Shown here: in pieces, positions 12,273 to 25,123 of the stretch
How positions within the stretch are numbered: the first letter of the stretch is position 1
Layout: every line of letters begins with the position of its first letter
Assembly: GCA_965637545.1 (NCBI GenBank)
Contig: OZ281497.1
Span: 26,908,001 to 26,972,000, forward strand
Origin: Phallusia mammillata
Taxonomy: Eukaryota
DNA length: 64,000 nucleotides
Reading direction: 5' to 3'
Notes under the pieces: model-generated
Told to the model about the DNA's origin: nothing
Databases searched by the model: none
The model's input: only the letters and a program-made list of their open reading frames with translations
Translations under genes and position numbers: made by a program

Positions 12273-15200
12273 TTAATTTGCGACAATTCGTTCGTAAAAC
12301 ATTCCATTCTTCATTGCATCTTTACCTGCAAGTGGACTTGACTCTCTCAATAAGGAAATCTGTGTTGTTTCATCACAATCAGGCGAACCTATTGTTACAT
12401 CTTGCGCCACGCTGCCAAGCACAGGACTGTCCGTCGACTGCATGAGGTACACTGAAAGCACAATGACGTCATTAATTGTGACGTAACGACCGCGTTTGAA
12501 AACGTTATTCGGTCTTGAACATGGAAAACGTATTTCACACCTGATTCGACAGTCGAGTCGTATGTGACGTCATCCGCTTGGCCCGATGACGTCACTTCGG
12601 TGTCATCATCGGCAAGTTTGGAACTGTTCAGTTTGAGCATTGTGTTAAAGACTTCCGGCGCAAAAGTGATGTTGACGTAACGATCGTCATCAGTCGTTAA
12701 AGTCACTTCCTGTGAATGGAAAATTGACAAAAATATGATTTCTTGAACAAACAAATTTTATATGATGAAAAAATCAGTTTGGCACCAGTCATAATAAGAT
12801 CGCCTGATGAAGTGTATCTAGATCAGTGGTTCCAAAACCGGGGAGGAATTCCTCCCTAGGGAGGAATTTCACAAAAACTACAAAAAAATTACATTGGAAA
12901 TGTTACAGAATATTTTTGTATGTACATTATTATGTCCATTGTAATTTGGACCGGGTTCACATTTGGTAAAGGATTCTGAATGGACATCCCTAACGATAAG
13001 GTCTATTTCAAATTGCTATAATTTTTTATGTTATATTTGTTTTTCTTCTTATGGGGAGGAATGAATAGTTCGAAAATGGGCAAAGGGAGGAATGTAACAA
13101 AAAAGGTTGGGAACCACTGATCTGACACTGACTGATGTATCAACTGTACGTATTGATTCAATTTTTGTGCAAATTCTCGTTCTTTTGGTGCATGGTGCTC
13201 GTGAGTTATTGTTAAATAAGCAGCAAGGAACAAAAGTTAAGCTGTGTAAAATACGTTTCGCTATACTGTGGTGTTTTGTCGTCTTGATATTTTGCACAAC
13301 GTTAGAATCACCATAACATGGGTGAAAAACCTGCTGCCTACGTGACTATATAATGTGATTACATCTCAATTTGGTTAAACTATACAATATTGCAGGGAAA
13401 GTCAAAACCAATAAAAGTTGACATGTAAGCATTCCCCTTAGATAAGTTTGCTATGTTTGGCAATTTATATCCAACATTCAACCGCATTATAAGGTCAAAC
13501 TTTTTTTCAACACTGTTGATTATCTGGAACTAAAAAATCATTAGGGATGGGCCGAGCCGAGCCAGAACCCGAGTACTCGGTACCGAGCATCGCTGTTTTT
13601 AATGCTCGGTGCTCGGCCGAGCAGTTGCACAAACTGACCCGAGCGTTAAATTTGCATATTCATGCCCTGCTAACATACGAAACTAGTGTTCTAAGAAAGG
13701 GTGTCTATGAACAAAAACCAATGATTATTCAAATGCATTAGATAGTGAAAAAACGCGTACTTAAAGGGCATACACAGCTTAATAAAACACCGCCGGTGAC
13801 GTAAGAGACCTTGTAGAGCTAAAACATAGAAAGGGGATTTTTTGTGACGTCATAATGCACCGAGCGTGCTCGGCCGAGCACCGAGCATTAAAGTGAGATG
13901 CTCGGTGCTCGACCAAACAGAACATTGGCAGTTTTGGCACATCCCTAAAAATCATAACTTATCCAGTCGGTGATGTTGTTTAACTCATGCGGTCGCAGTA
14001 CAAGAAGGCGACACACTCCTGCAATACAACGTAAGTCCATAACCTAGTGTTCGGCTTTATTACTGCTTCGCCGCACACGGAATAACGAATTTAAGTCCTA
14101 TTTACCTCCGATCCACTGTCGGGTGCAGCTTGTATGATATAAATCCCATCAGAGGAAGTGGATGTGAGATGATAAGTTCCAATGGGAAGTTGACTCTCAC
14201 CGTCTTCACATAAAAGTGCTGAAAACAAGAAAAACTTCACTGTTTCACAATTTGAAGAACTGTACTTGGATTAGGGCCGAAATTTATCTAAAATGCCATT
14301 TTATACTTTGGGAAAAATTTACTTTAGAAAAAGATTTACTTTACTTGGTATTTTAGCCCGTTGTATGTTGTCTAGATTTTCAACAGACTGTGTTTACGAC
14401 AAAATTTGTGGTCATGTTTATAACACATAAGCTTACTTCAAAACGTGGAAAACACTTACAATTAGAAAACTGCGTTTTTTCCTCCCCGTCTGATGATTCC
14501 TGTCACAAAAAATAATCAAATTTAGACAGAAAGCAGTTTTACCTACCAATCACCAGCCATTCAATGAACTAACATTAAACTGTACAGCCTAAAAAAATAG
14601 GTAAATCGGGCTCTTGTGACGTCAAAAATGCATGACGTAATTTTAAATGAACCGTATTTTTTTTAAAAACCAAACCGTTCCCGATTTTCACCTTGAAAAG
14701 TGGAATGACAATAGAGGCCTGTTGTAAAAGAATAGTGTAATAATTCTCTGTAGAAAACCGTAGCTTACTATTGTGCCTTAGTCACTTTAAATCTTTTTCG
14801 TTTGTTCAGGTATAAAACAATTACGTCATACACCGATTACGTCATACATATGTGATGTCACTATGCCTAAAGCACGAAATATTATCATAAGGTGTATTGC
14901 GCCCTACAAAACAAAACTTCCAATCTTCTAAAAGACTTACAGCGGGAATTCGAAAACGTAAGGAATCTGAGCGGGGACTCCCCACATTTGGTGAAGAATT
15001 TAACAACTCTTCTGACACCAAGTGGTCGGGATCGGTCGTCTGTATGAAGAGTGGCGCGGACGTGGTGTCTTCTGATTGGCTGATGACACTAGTGGTGATG
15101 TTACTGGTGTCATCCAATTCTAAATCCTCTTTGCTAAGAATGCGGACACCTCTGTTACGGAGAGCTTCTGCAAAGAAGGGATACTCTCTTAGACACAGTT

Positions 15201-18200
15201 GAATCATAGTAGCAAGATTATAAACTGCTAGTGGTAAGCAGCAAGAACCAGGATGTATCGGGCCAAAATATAACCCAACTTTTTTAAAAGCTAAGCCTGT
15301 ATTAGGCCTAAACGTTGCTAAAATTGCACAAATGAGGCAGAGTGTATAGTCAGGTCCAAACCCGGTTTTAACCCGACTCTAAAATATGAATACATCACAA
15401 GGCAGACATTTTAACAATCGCTGCTGTATCTGCACTACCATGGCAGTGTGTGACCCATAGAGAAGTGGAGTTGAAATATGTGAAAAGTTGTTCCATATAT
15501 TGACGAATCAGATTTTTATGCTGGCTCTTATGTTTAAGCTAGTACTTAAAAGTTATGAAATCGAACCCGAAAGTTGGGTTAACTCAGTGGTTCCCAAACT
15601 ATGCGAGATGTCATTAGGTGTGCCGCAAAAAATATTGAAATTAAAATCAATCAAGTAGAGTAGTAGTACCAGGTGCTTAGACCACTAGGCCAACATGCTC
15701 CACGTCTCTGATATGTTTAACTAGGCTATTTAACTATGAGAGTGACCTGTATAGCGGCTTTATGACCTCATAGTTAGTGCCTTTGTCAATATAATTTTTA
15801 TTCAAATGTTCGAAGTGCGCCAAATAATTTTTGTTTTTTTCTAAAATGCGCCTTAAAAGAAAAAAGTTTGGGAACCACTGGGTTAACTGAATGTCCAATT
15901 GGCCAAACCAAACCACAACTGAGCCTGAAATTCAACCTAGGCACAAAATGCACACACATGAGATTTTAGGGGATAAATTTCAGTTATTAAACTTATACTT
16001 ACGTAAATCAGCTGGACTAATTTTTGTGTATTTTCCTTCTGGTTTGTAGCATGTGTTCTTCGCTTTGTCCCAAGTCTTTACAGTTCGATGGGAAAAGTGA
16101 GTTTTGAGAAATGCAACAGTTTCTACATCAAAAATATTCGATATTTAGCATCTTAAATAACTTAAAGAAAGGCTTTTATGAAATTTGAAATTCTGACTTT
16201 AACAAATTTACACCATTTCACTGATACAAAAATCAATAAAATCATGTGCTTAGCTCTTGTTTCTCAACCAAAAATATATTTTGCACCCTTACCCTTAAAA
16301 GTAAGTTTTTCTGCCTCAGAATCAGCAATTTGTTTTTTGAGGCAATTCCACTTCAATCTGAGCCACTGAGGTGATCTGGCACTTTTCCATCCCTCGCACA
16401 TTTCAAACCAATCTATCTGGTTTTCAGCCATCACGTCGAGTTGTGATATTCTGTGAAAGAAGCAAAAATGACTGTTTAAATTTTTGATTTGGTCTGAAAA
16501 GTTTAAATGGGATTTTACAAATGTGCTCTGTTTTTGAAAAGTTTCATTTTTTTAATGTATTTTTCGACAATCAGGCGGCAGTCCGAGAACTGAAAATTGC
16601 CCTTTGTCGTTCACAGGGTTCGAACCAGGACACTCCCGAGGACGAAACCCGATCTGGTTTTGTATATGGGTCAGGCGCGTCAGGCCATTCGGTCAAGTTT
16701 CATTTTTTAATGACTGAACAGTTGCCATTTTGAAAACAAGCAAACAAGTAATTTTGTCTGTGCTAAAATACATACAATTTCTTATCATATGTTGTAAATG
16801 TATTTCATTCCATCAAAACAGCTTGCTTAGTTTCTAAACAGTTCTAGCCTTTTTTTGAAAAAATGAATCATCTCCGAACAAGAAAGATTTGATTTTAAGT
16901 AAAAGTGGATAAACCAAAATCTAAAAAAAAATCCCATAGCCTTCAAAAAAATCCTTAATCTGTTAATTTGGAACTTGAGTTTGGGCAAGCTGCAATATCA
17001 ATATTTGCATGAAATTTTTTTTTAATAATTACGATTACAAAGCTCATGAAGTCAAAATTCAAATACTTACTTGTCAACAAGTGATTTATCATCGTTTTTC
17101 GTCCATTGCTCTCCTTCCAACATCTTCCAGTTGAGGTAATTTAACCACTTGGTTCGACATTGCTTCTCTGTTCTAGTTTTCACCTTAAGTTGGACATCAA
17201 TACATACTTATGAAGGTGGATTTCAATACCCTTTGTTTTTTATATCCTATATACCGATTTACTAAACACACCATTTGATCTACACATATGATTGTATTTG
17301 CAAGCAAAAACAAATGGGTCGCCACTAGGGATGTGCCAAAACTGCAAATGTTCTGTTTGGTCGAGCACGCGCGGTGCATTATGACATCACAAAAAATCCC
17401 ATTTCTACGTTTTAGCTCCATAAGGTCTCTTATGTCACCGGTGGTTTTTTATTGAGCGGTACATGTCCATAAAGAACGCGTTTTTCCACCATCCAATACA
17501 TTTGATAAATCATTCGTTTTTTTGGATACCCTTCAGAGCACTAGTTACGTATGTTAACAGGGCATGAATATACAAATTTAACGCTCGGTTCAGTTTGTGC
17601 AACTGCTCGGCCGAGCACCGAGCACCGAGCATCAAAAACGGCAATGCTCGGTACCGAGTACTGGAGATCTGACTCGGCTCGGTTTGGCCCATCCCTAGTC
17701 CGCACACATGTTCTGGTAATTTTTAGATTCTTAGAAACAATTTAGTAGAAAGCATTAACCCAAACTTCGAAGGTTTTATCACTTTTTTTATAAAGCATTA
17801 TATTGTCATATATATAATATTTATGAAAACAATAGGAAACCATAAATATGAACCCAACTTAACATGTTGTACCATGTGTGCCACGAAAGCAACACTTTAC
17901 TCACAATTTCAGCAACTAGGGGCCATGAAACACCATCAGTAACCGATTCACCAGGTTTTGTGTCGGTTACTGCGTGGACAGCAAAATCCAATTTCCTTTC
18001 CTCAATTGATGTCCACCGACCTGCCAACAGATTTTTTTGTAAGATTCAAAGACAGATTTTTTATATTTTAAACTGGCTATTGTTTAAAATTTGGAGGATG
18101 GTTGGGTGATTTTAGATTGTACCAAAATGGTATGTTGGGCACCATTGGTGTTCATTCAAGCGTTTTAAGGAGTGGTCTGTAACTTCACCCACCTGAAAAA

Positions 18201-21200
18201 CCCAACTTTAAATTGTAAATTTTTGCAAAAGCCCACAAATCCATTTAATTGTTTTGATACTTTTTTTTAAACTCTAACACCACGAAAATGTTTTTAAACA
18301 ATGCATCCTGAAAATTATATAAAGACTGAAACAAAATAGTAGCATCAAATAAAACCCAAAGTGTTAGCAAATCAAAAATGTTTCAAAAAGCGTTGTTTTA
18401 AAAGTGTGTGGAAAATAAAAACAAGATAACACAAATTAACCTTTTTACTTTTTAAAAAAAGAGGTCTAACCTGTAGTGAGATCATCTTTAATCAATCGAC
18501 ATCTATCCTTTACTGAGTCTGAACTTCGACCCAATTCTTGTCCGATAATCGACCAATCACGTCCATAGATCTTTCTCAACTCTTTTAACTTGTTTACTTC
18601 TTCTTCAGAATATCTACAGTACAATAATATATGAAGGAATTTTATAGAGAAGTGAACTGACCCAAATAGAAAGTGAAATGCTATATTATTGTGAATTGTT
18701 TGGGCAAAAGCTCATGTCATGGTTTGTGATATAATGAGCCTGTTATATCAGTTAAAACCCATTTTATAAACCTACTTTGCGCAAAAAGTTTGTTATTAAA
18801 TTTTATTTACAAAGTTTATGTTCTCAGATGGCTTGCATTCCAATTGTGCAAAACATGTGTGCAATTGATTGCTTTTTGTGCCAATTTAATTGCTTTTTTG
18901 TAGGGAGAATAACTGCTCACCAACAAAGCTTTTCAATTTTTTTTAACCAACAAAGCTATTCAAAAGGTTTTCATGTGGTATATGTATTTTCGTGGATAAC
19001 TCTGAAAGCTTTCACCAGGCTTGGGTTCCATGCAACACTTACTTTCCCTTGTGGTTTCTTTTGTCGAACATTCTCTTTACTCTTCTATAGACGGCAAATA
19101 AAGGTCGATTTAATCCAACACAAAGTGAAGGATAAAAATCTTTGCGCATTTCTTTGTCACTCGTAAAGATGAGATCGGCAACATTTTTTATGTTGTTTTT
19201 CTGCAACAAAAATAACTTCTGTAAACTTCTGTACTTAAATAATGCCTTATATCTTTAAATAATCCCTTTAATGCAATAGAGATGATTCCAGTTAATTGCA
19301 TACCCAATTCACGCAGTTGTTTTACATGTGCAATCAAAAATTGATATAAACAGAACAGGTTGTTTGAAACTCAACGCAATATGGATAGACCAACTATCAG
19401 CGCCAATCTTCAGTACAAGCCTTTTTGTCAACTATATTTTGTTTGGTTGGTGCTACTACGTGTTTGACTTAAGCATTGCCTAGTAACTAATCAGTATCAA
19501 GGCAAAATGACATTGATAGCTTTAAAGCTCCGACATGGCCTCTTACTACAAACAAAATATTGGCTTTAAATTTTGGTTTTCAGCCTATTTAACAACCCAT
19601 AATTGGTATCGGCCCTAAAAAATCCATATCAGTCTATCTCTACTATGCAATTAAACTGATTATGCGATTAACCAAAATCATTTATACCCAGTTCTGTAAA
19701 TAACAAAACAACTTTACCTCACAGTAATCTTTAATGTTCTGCTTGAGTATTTGGACTTCCTCATTACTCCATGTTCCTTTGGTCCATGTATGTCCGCATT
19801 GTTTTAGTTGTTCCTTATGCTCTTTTACAGTGACCCAAACATTACGAACAGGATCTTTCACAGACTCAGGTACTCCTGACAGTGTTTGCTGCATTAGAAA
19901 AACAGAAGCAATTTAAAATTCTATTTGTTTGTGTTCACAACAGGCTTGTAGAGGGGAAATCAATAAAGTCAGGGTCATAATATTTTGGCTTGTTCAGTCA
20001 ATTTTGCCACAAACTTTGTAATACAATAATAACCTAAGTACGGTATTTAATTGTAGGCATCATTTTGTGTGTGTTCTTCCTTCCAGCACTTGAAACTATG
20101 TGCCTTCTCAGCATTTTAGGCCCCCCTTGGCTGGTCCCCCCCCCCCAAAAAAAAAACAACAGCAATAAACTCCGCTCTTTTTTTGGTTGGTGTCAAAAAA
20201 TTTTAAAAACTGGAGTTTGAGTCAGAAACTTTTTAATTGATCCTACAACCCTGTTTTACAAACTCAACAAAATAAGTAAAACATATTGAAAAAGTCGATG
20301 TAACTTAAAAAATGAATAAAAAGCTATGTGGTTTAAATACAGTGCAAAAACTAAAAGCACATTGTTTGCTTCTTTGGGACGTTTGATAGACAAACTTACA
20401 TTGTGTTTCAGTAACTTTGCAGTGGATTTCAAGGCAGTTTTTGCGCGATTTGAAGTGTTTGAGGCAGTGGTGGTAGGTGGAACGAGTGTGTAGACAACAT
20501 CTTCTTCAGGATTTTCAATTGACGGGCTGCAAATATATTAAAGTAAAATCAGTCCTGAAACAGAGGCATTTTGGAATCATCAATCTATACAGGAGTCAGT
20601 ACAAAAAATGCTAAAATTTACACTACACCAGGGGTTCCCAACCTTTCTATGATCCCGTACCACTTGAACGCTCTGCACTGCCACGCGTACCACTTCTTGC
20701 AGAACAACTAATTTGTTTGAATCATATTTCATTCAACGCTAGCTTAAGCTACAAAACAGTAGATGATATCTATCAAGAGCAATCATTTGACATAATTAAC
20801 GCCCACTGTGCCACAGCGTTGTTCGGTTTTTCATAGCAACTATGCTTTTTGTTGAGAATTGACATGACCTGTATTTCGAAGATCGTAATGATACAAAACA
20901 ACAGGAATAGTTACGTAACAATGACAATAGGCCTGGGGAATGTTTTTTTTTTGTAAACAAAACCAGATAAACAAAATATAAAGTTGCAAATCAAGGTTTT
21001 TGCGAACAAAACCAGCTGAAAACCCTTCGCGTACCACAGGTTGGGAACCCCTGCACTACACCAACATAGAAACTGAATGTAGTTTGGTATGACTAGGTGT
21101 AACAGGCATTGACACTATACATTGCTGGGGTGGCAGCAACTATGAAAATTCTATGCTGTCACCCTGAAAATTTCCTTGTTTTACTATTATACTGATGCTT

Positions 21201-23477
21201 TTAAAATATGTGTTGCTTGTGGCAGCATAAAGTGATTGTTGGTTAAACAAGGCAACTGGCATGATTTTTTTTTCAAATGTGCAACCTTGTAAGGTTGCGC
21301 TTGTGTTATATGTGCTGACAATATTAACCAACACATACAATATATACAGTACCAGAACCAACAAATGTATGTTGTGGAATTGTCAGACTGTATGTCTTGG
21401 ATCAAGTTTCGCCTCCCACACACACACACACACAAAAGTAAAAAACCTACACATATACTAGGTGTATATATTTACGTTTGCATCTCAGTATTTTCATTGG
21501 TGTTAAGATAATCTGATGACAGGAATATTGTTGTTGGTTGATCTTCTTTGAGGTACGTCGATGCAGAGGTTGCTTCAACCTTTAAACACATGAAATAATG
21601 GATTAATTTCACAATAATTGTTCAGCAATAAAGGTCATATACTGCTTCAGAATGCACCTTTATCGAAAACCAGTATTTTGGACAACTTTTCAAGTATTAA
21701 CCAATAATTTGAACATCTTCTCCACTTACATTTTGGTTTTTTGGAATGTTCTGATCAGTTTCAGGTGTGGAATACAAAGTGACTACAAGTTCTCCATAAT
21801 CATCTGCATAACAACAAGTTATTAGATAAAAGAAAACATGATTTAAATGTGAATAACTTGACTTACCAGTAACAACTTGTAGTGAGGGCGAGTTAAAAAC
21901 AGGAACTTCATCACTTCCATTCCCAGCTTTTGTCTTTTCACCCTGAAAGTCATATAAATAATATTCTACGTTGACAGTTTGTTCAGTAATGTGCATCCCA
22001 GTTTCTAAAATAGCATGGTGCATGCTTTGAGAAACGTGGAAATATAAGCCCCAACAAGGGTAAATGAGACCAGATTGTAGTGTTATTTTAATTACAAACC
22101 CTCACCCCAACCCCGAATAGCTCTAACCCAGTGGTTCTTAACCTTTTTATAACGGCCGAACCCCTACGATATTCTTGATCCTTTGGTCAAACCCGGTTAC
22201 ATCCTAGGTATTTAACCCATTTTGTTTGGTGGGTCATAATTAGTTTTTGTTCAAACGTAGTGGCAACAGTAACTGTTTGTCCTTTTGTTAAATTCTGACA
22301 TAATAGTACAAGCAACTTGTTTCATGATTGATTTAATTCCGGCACTTTTTAGTTTTTACCAAAATGAAGCATTGTATTTTTAGCATCTGTACACAAACAT
22401 GAAAAAGATGAAGTTATAAGTTTTTACTGCCAACAAAATTTCGTTGTGTTTCTGCTTACGAACAATGCGAACAATGCTCTTTGTTATGTCAAAAAAGAAA
22501 ATGAAACAAGTGCAGGGGTACACAAACATTTTGCCGTTTTTAGCAACTATAGACCCTAACGTTTGACAAAAGCGAGTATTTATATTGTACTTTAAAAAGA
22601 CCTTCGTCGAACCCCTGAATCAGCGTGGCCGAACCCTGGGGTTCGATCGAACCCCGGTTAAGAACCACTGCTCTAACCGTCAGTATGTTTAAGAGTCCGG
22701 AAAATTATAATCTCTACATGACGTATATTTCAGTCCATTAAAACTCAGTAACATGGGGTATACCATGCAGTATTTAGAACCACTACCAATAACCTGATCC
22801 CTGAAGAAAGGTAAACGAACACAACAAGACAACCATTGAATGATTTGTACAAACATTAAAAATGGGCCAATTAAAAGTTTACCAATTGATGTTCATACAA
22901 TACTTGTTGAGTTTAGTAATGTGAACATGTCAATAAATTTCCTGGCGTTATTTTTTCTTAGAAAGCAACAGTTCAGCATGCCGGTACCTCTTGTATATTT
23001 TTCTTAACGTCCTTGTTTTTCTTGGATGAGTTGGTGAGATATTTCTCTGTGTCATCGTCTTCGGCAATTATCGCTGCATCATGTTGGTCATGTGGGGAGG
23101 AATTGAGTGATGATGAGTTGATCGACAAATGTATCTTATCTACAGACTTGCGCTGCACTTTGCAATCTTTGTGGTACGAAAAGAGATCCTGAGCTAAAAA
23201 ATAGAGATTTGTTTGTAATAACTAGTGCAGTAGTGGTCACAATACAGAATCTAGTCATTTTTTTGTGTTTTACATTTTAAATAATATTACTTTTTATAGT
23301 ATTAATACCTTTTCTCTTTCGTACGCCCATTAGCGACAAATCGTGTACATGTTTTGCAGGGTCGGTGACATTCATAATCTCGGAGTCAGTAAAGAATGGT
23401 TTGTTTTCGGTTGATATGCTGTTGTACGAGTCCAAAATCAGGTCCGAACCATTGTCATTAGGGTCACACATTTTCAT
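12273..23477 (-). CDS. DMTF1: Cyclin D-binding Myb-like transcription factor, ~832 aa, 18 predicted exons: 23325-23477, 22988-23188, 21867-21942, 21730-21803, 21476-21579, 20400-20526, 19718-19888, 19043-19200, 18471-18613, 17905-18020, 17071-17183, 16293-16450, 16003-16122, 14941-15224, 14460-14499, 14106-14218, 12541-12709, 12273-12451
   Basis: Core exons translate to [80 protein letters not shown] and [10 protein letters not shown], which closely follow vertebrate DMTF1 Myb repeats. Flanking acidic Ser/Thr-rich exons were placed by splice signals and phase only, so the terminal exons and start codon are less certain than the core. Confidence 0.88.
12824..13119. mobile_element. hAT (Buster-type) MITE in DMTF1 intron
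   Basis: CAGTGGTTCCAAAACC / GGTTGGGAACCACTG termini; left target ATCTAGAT, right copy degenerate (ATCTGACA). Confidence 0.8.
13542..13947. mobile_element. hAT (Ac-type) MITE, 406 bp, in DMTF1 intron
   Basis: TAGGGATG / CATCCCTA termini, perfect 8-bp TSD AAAATCAT; opposite orientation to the 17326 copy. Confidence 0.92.
15585..15880. mobile_element. hAT (Buster-type) MITE in DMTF1 intron
   Basis: CAGTGGTTCCCAAACT / AGTTTGGGAACCACTG with perfect TSD GGTTAACT. Confidence 0.92.
16570..16735. repeat. Dispersed repeat, copy 1 (copy 2 at ~58940-59050)
   Basis: GGGTTCGAACC(C)AGGACACTCCCG(A/G)GGACGAA(A/T)CCCGATC core shared with 58980-59020, with looser similarity in the flanks. Confidence 0.6.
17326..17697. 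mobile_element. hAT (Ac-type) MITE, 372 bp, in DMTF1 intron
   Basis: TAGGGATG / CATCCCTA termini; TSD GTCGCCAC / GTCCGCAC (degenerate). Confidence 0.9.
20629..21053. mobile_element. hAT (Buster-type) MITE in DMTF1 intron
   Basis: CAGGGGTTCCCAACCT / AGGTTGGGAACCCCTG with perfect TSD CACTACAC. Confidence 0.92.
21415..21433. repeat. (CA)n microsatellite
   Basis: CACACACACACACACACA directly visible. Confidence 0.9.
22129..22670. mobile_element. hAT (Buster-type) MITE in DMTF1 intron
   Basis: CAGTGGTTCTTAACC / GGTTAAGAACCACTG with perfect TSD CTCTAACC. Confidence 0.92.
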
Positions 23478-23798
23478 GCCTCTATATTTTCATCTATATT
23501 TTGTTTGTGCATTTTTATTGTAAAGCATAGTGATTATCACTGTTTAACACAAAGTAAAGACATAATTCGATTATAAAATATATAAAAAATCAATACAAAA
23601 AAAAATCATGTAACACATGATGTTGAAAGTTGAATTAACCAAACCATGTAGCACAAATCGCAAAAAAATATGTAGAAATACATCAAATATAGTTTTGTTA
23701 TAACAATAACAACCACATTTGAATTGTACTTATAGACGAAATTCAAAATTTCAAAAAACACAACGCAACATGGGGCAGGCAAAAACCATAGGTTATCC

Positions 23799-24113
23799 GG
23801 GTCTGGTATACTTTCATGACCCAACGTCATAACTACGTCATACCTGTACATACACCAATAACCTTAACATATGATCAACTACGTCATAGTACGGATACGT
23901 CACGCGCATAATGACGTCACTCTGACGTCACATATTTTCCCTATCGCCCGACCAAAATTTCCCACTTTTCGAAATACACATCGCAGAAAGCTGAAAATTG
24001 GTGTGTTGCGTCATCAAGGCTTACTATGCGTAGTTGATCATATGTAAAGGTCATTGGTGTATGTACAGGTATGACGTAGTTATGACGTTGGGTCATGAAA
24101 GTATACCAGACCC
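23799..24113. mobile_element. MULE-like MITE with ~90-bp TIRs between DMTF1 and UBE2N
   Basis: GGGTCTGGTATACTTTCATGACCC... long near-perfect inverted arms; perfect 9-bp TSD AGGTTATCC. Confidence 0.92.
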
Positions 24114-25123
24114 AGGTTATCCGACGAAGTGCTAATAACCACAGTCAATTAAACCAATAAACTTTTGAGCAAATAAAATCAACATGACAAAATACGAAAG
24201 TACGCAAAAAAGAATGCTCGCACCGCTACGGCTGCGACTGCGATAATAGATTAGTACAAGAAGAGAGAACAATCAGACAAACTATGCGTATTGTTTTCCA
24301 TCCTTGAAGTACACGAAAATTCAGGCAATTAAAAAAAACATTTAAATTACATCTCGAATTTATCTTAAACTCTATGGAGACTTGCCAACTTAAAAAAAGA
24401 TAATGCTCATATTAAAAAAAATGGAATTTTTACAAACTACTTTTAATAGCAAAGTCGTGAGCAAAAAACGCCAAAGTAAATTTTGACAAAATTATTTTTA
24501 ATTTTTGTATTAATAAACCGAAAATATATTTTTAACTGATTTTCAGAAATTTAAAAATTTTATATTTTTTGAGAATGATTTTTTTTCTGGAAAACTTGTG
24601 TAAACTGTAGTGTCACGGATTAACAATACCGGCTGCGGCTGCTAACGATTTTTCTCTTCCTGAGTTCCCCTGATTTTCTTGAATGAAACCGATTTTAGTT
24701 TTTTGTGACAACTTTCTGGTTTTAAACAAGTATATTAACTCAATAGTCCAAACTTTTAACTGAAATTGCTTGTTAAGATCAAAATAAATTATTGTGTGCT
24801 GGTATTTTTGATTTACCCTTTCCCTAGAGTTAGTAGTTAGACCCCCATCATAAGTCACAACATGTTATATTGAATACATATTTGTGCAGGTTGTTTTATT
24901 TGTGGCTTGTTGTAATAATAATCAGTGTACTGAATTGCCTGTTTTTAACACCCATTTTCTTATGGGTAACATAACCTTTGATTTCACTTCCTAAAATACA
25001 CTTTCTCATTTAAACAGAAAAGAATTCATAAAAACTTCCTTGCACAGATTGTGTTTGGAACGGACGGTAACCTGTTACGAAGGTTACACATTTGTGTATT
25101 TCATAGTTTTGTGTTTGTTAGCC

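Noticed and set aside
15185-15190. Apparent need for an odd GAG acceptor in DMTF1 near 15186
   Set aside because: A better in-phase acceptor (CTAGCAG|) exists at 15225, giving exon 14941-15224.
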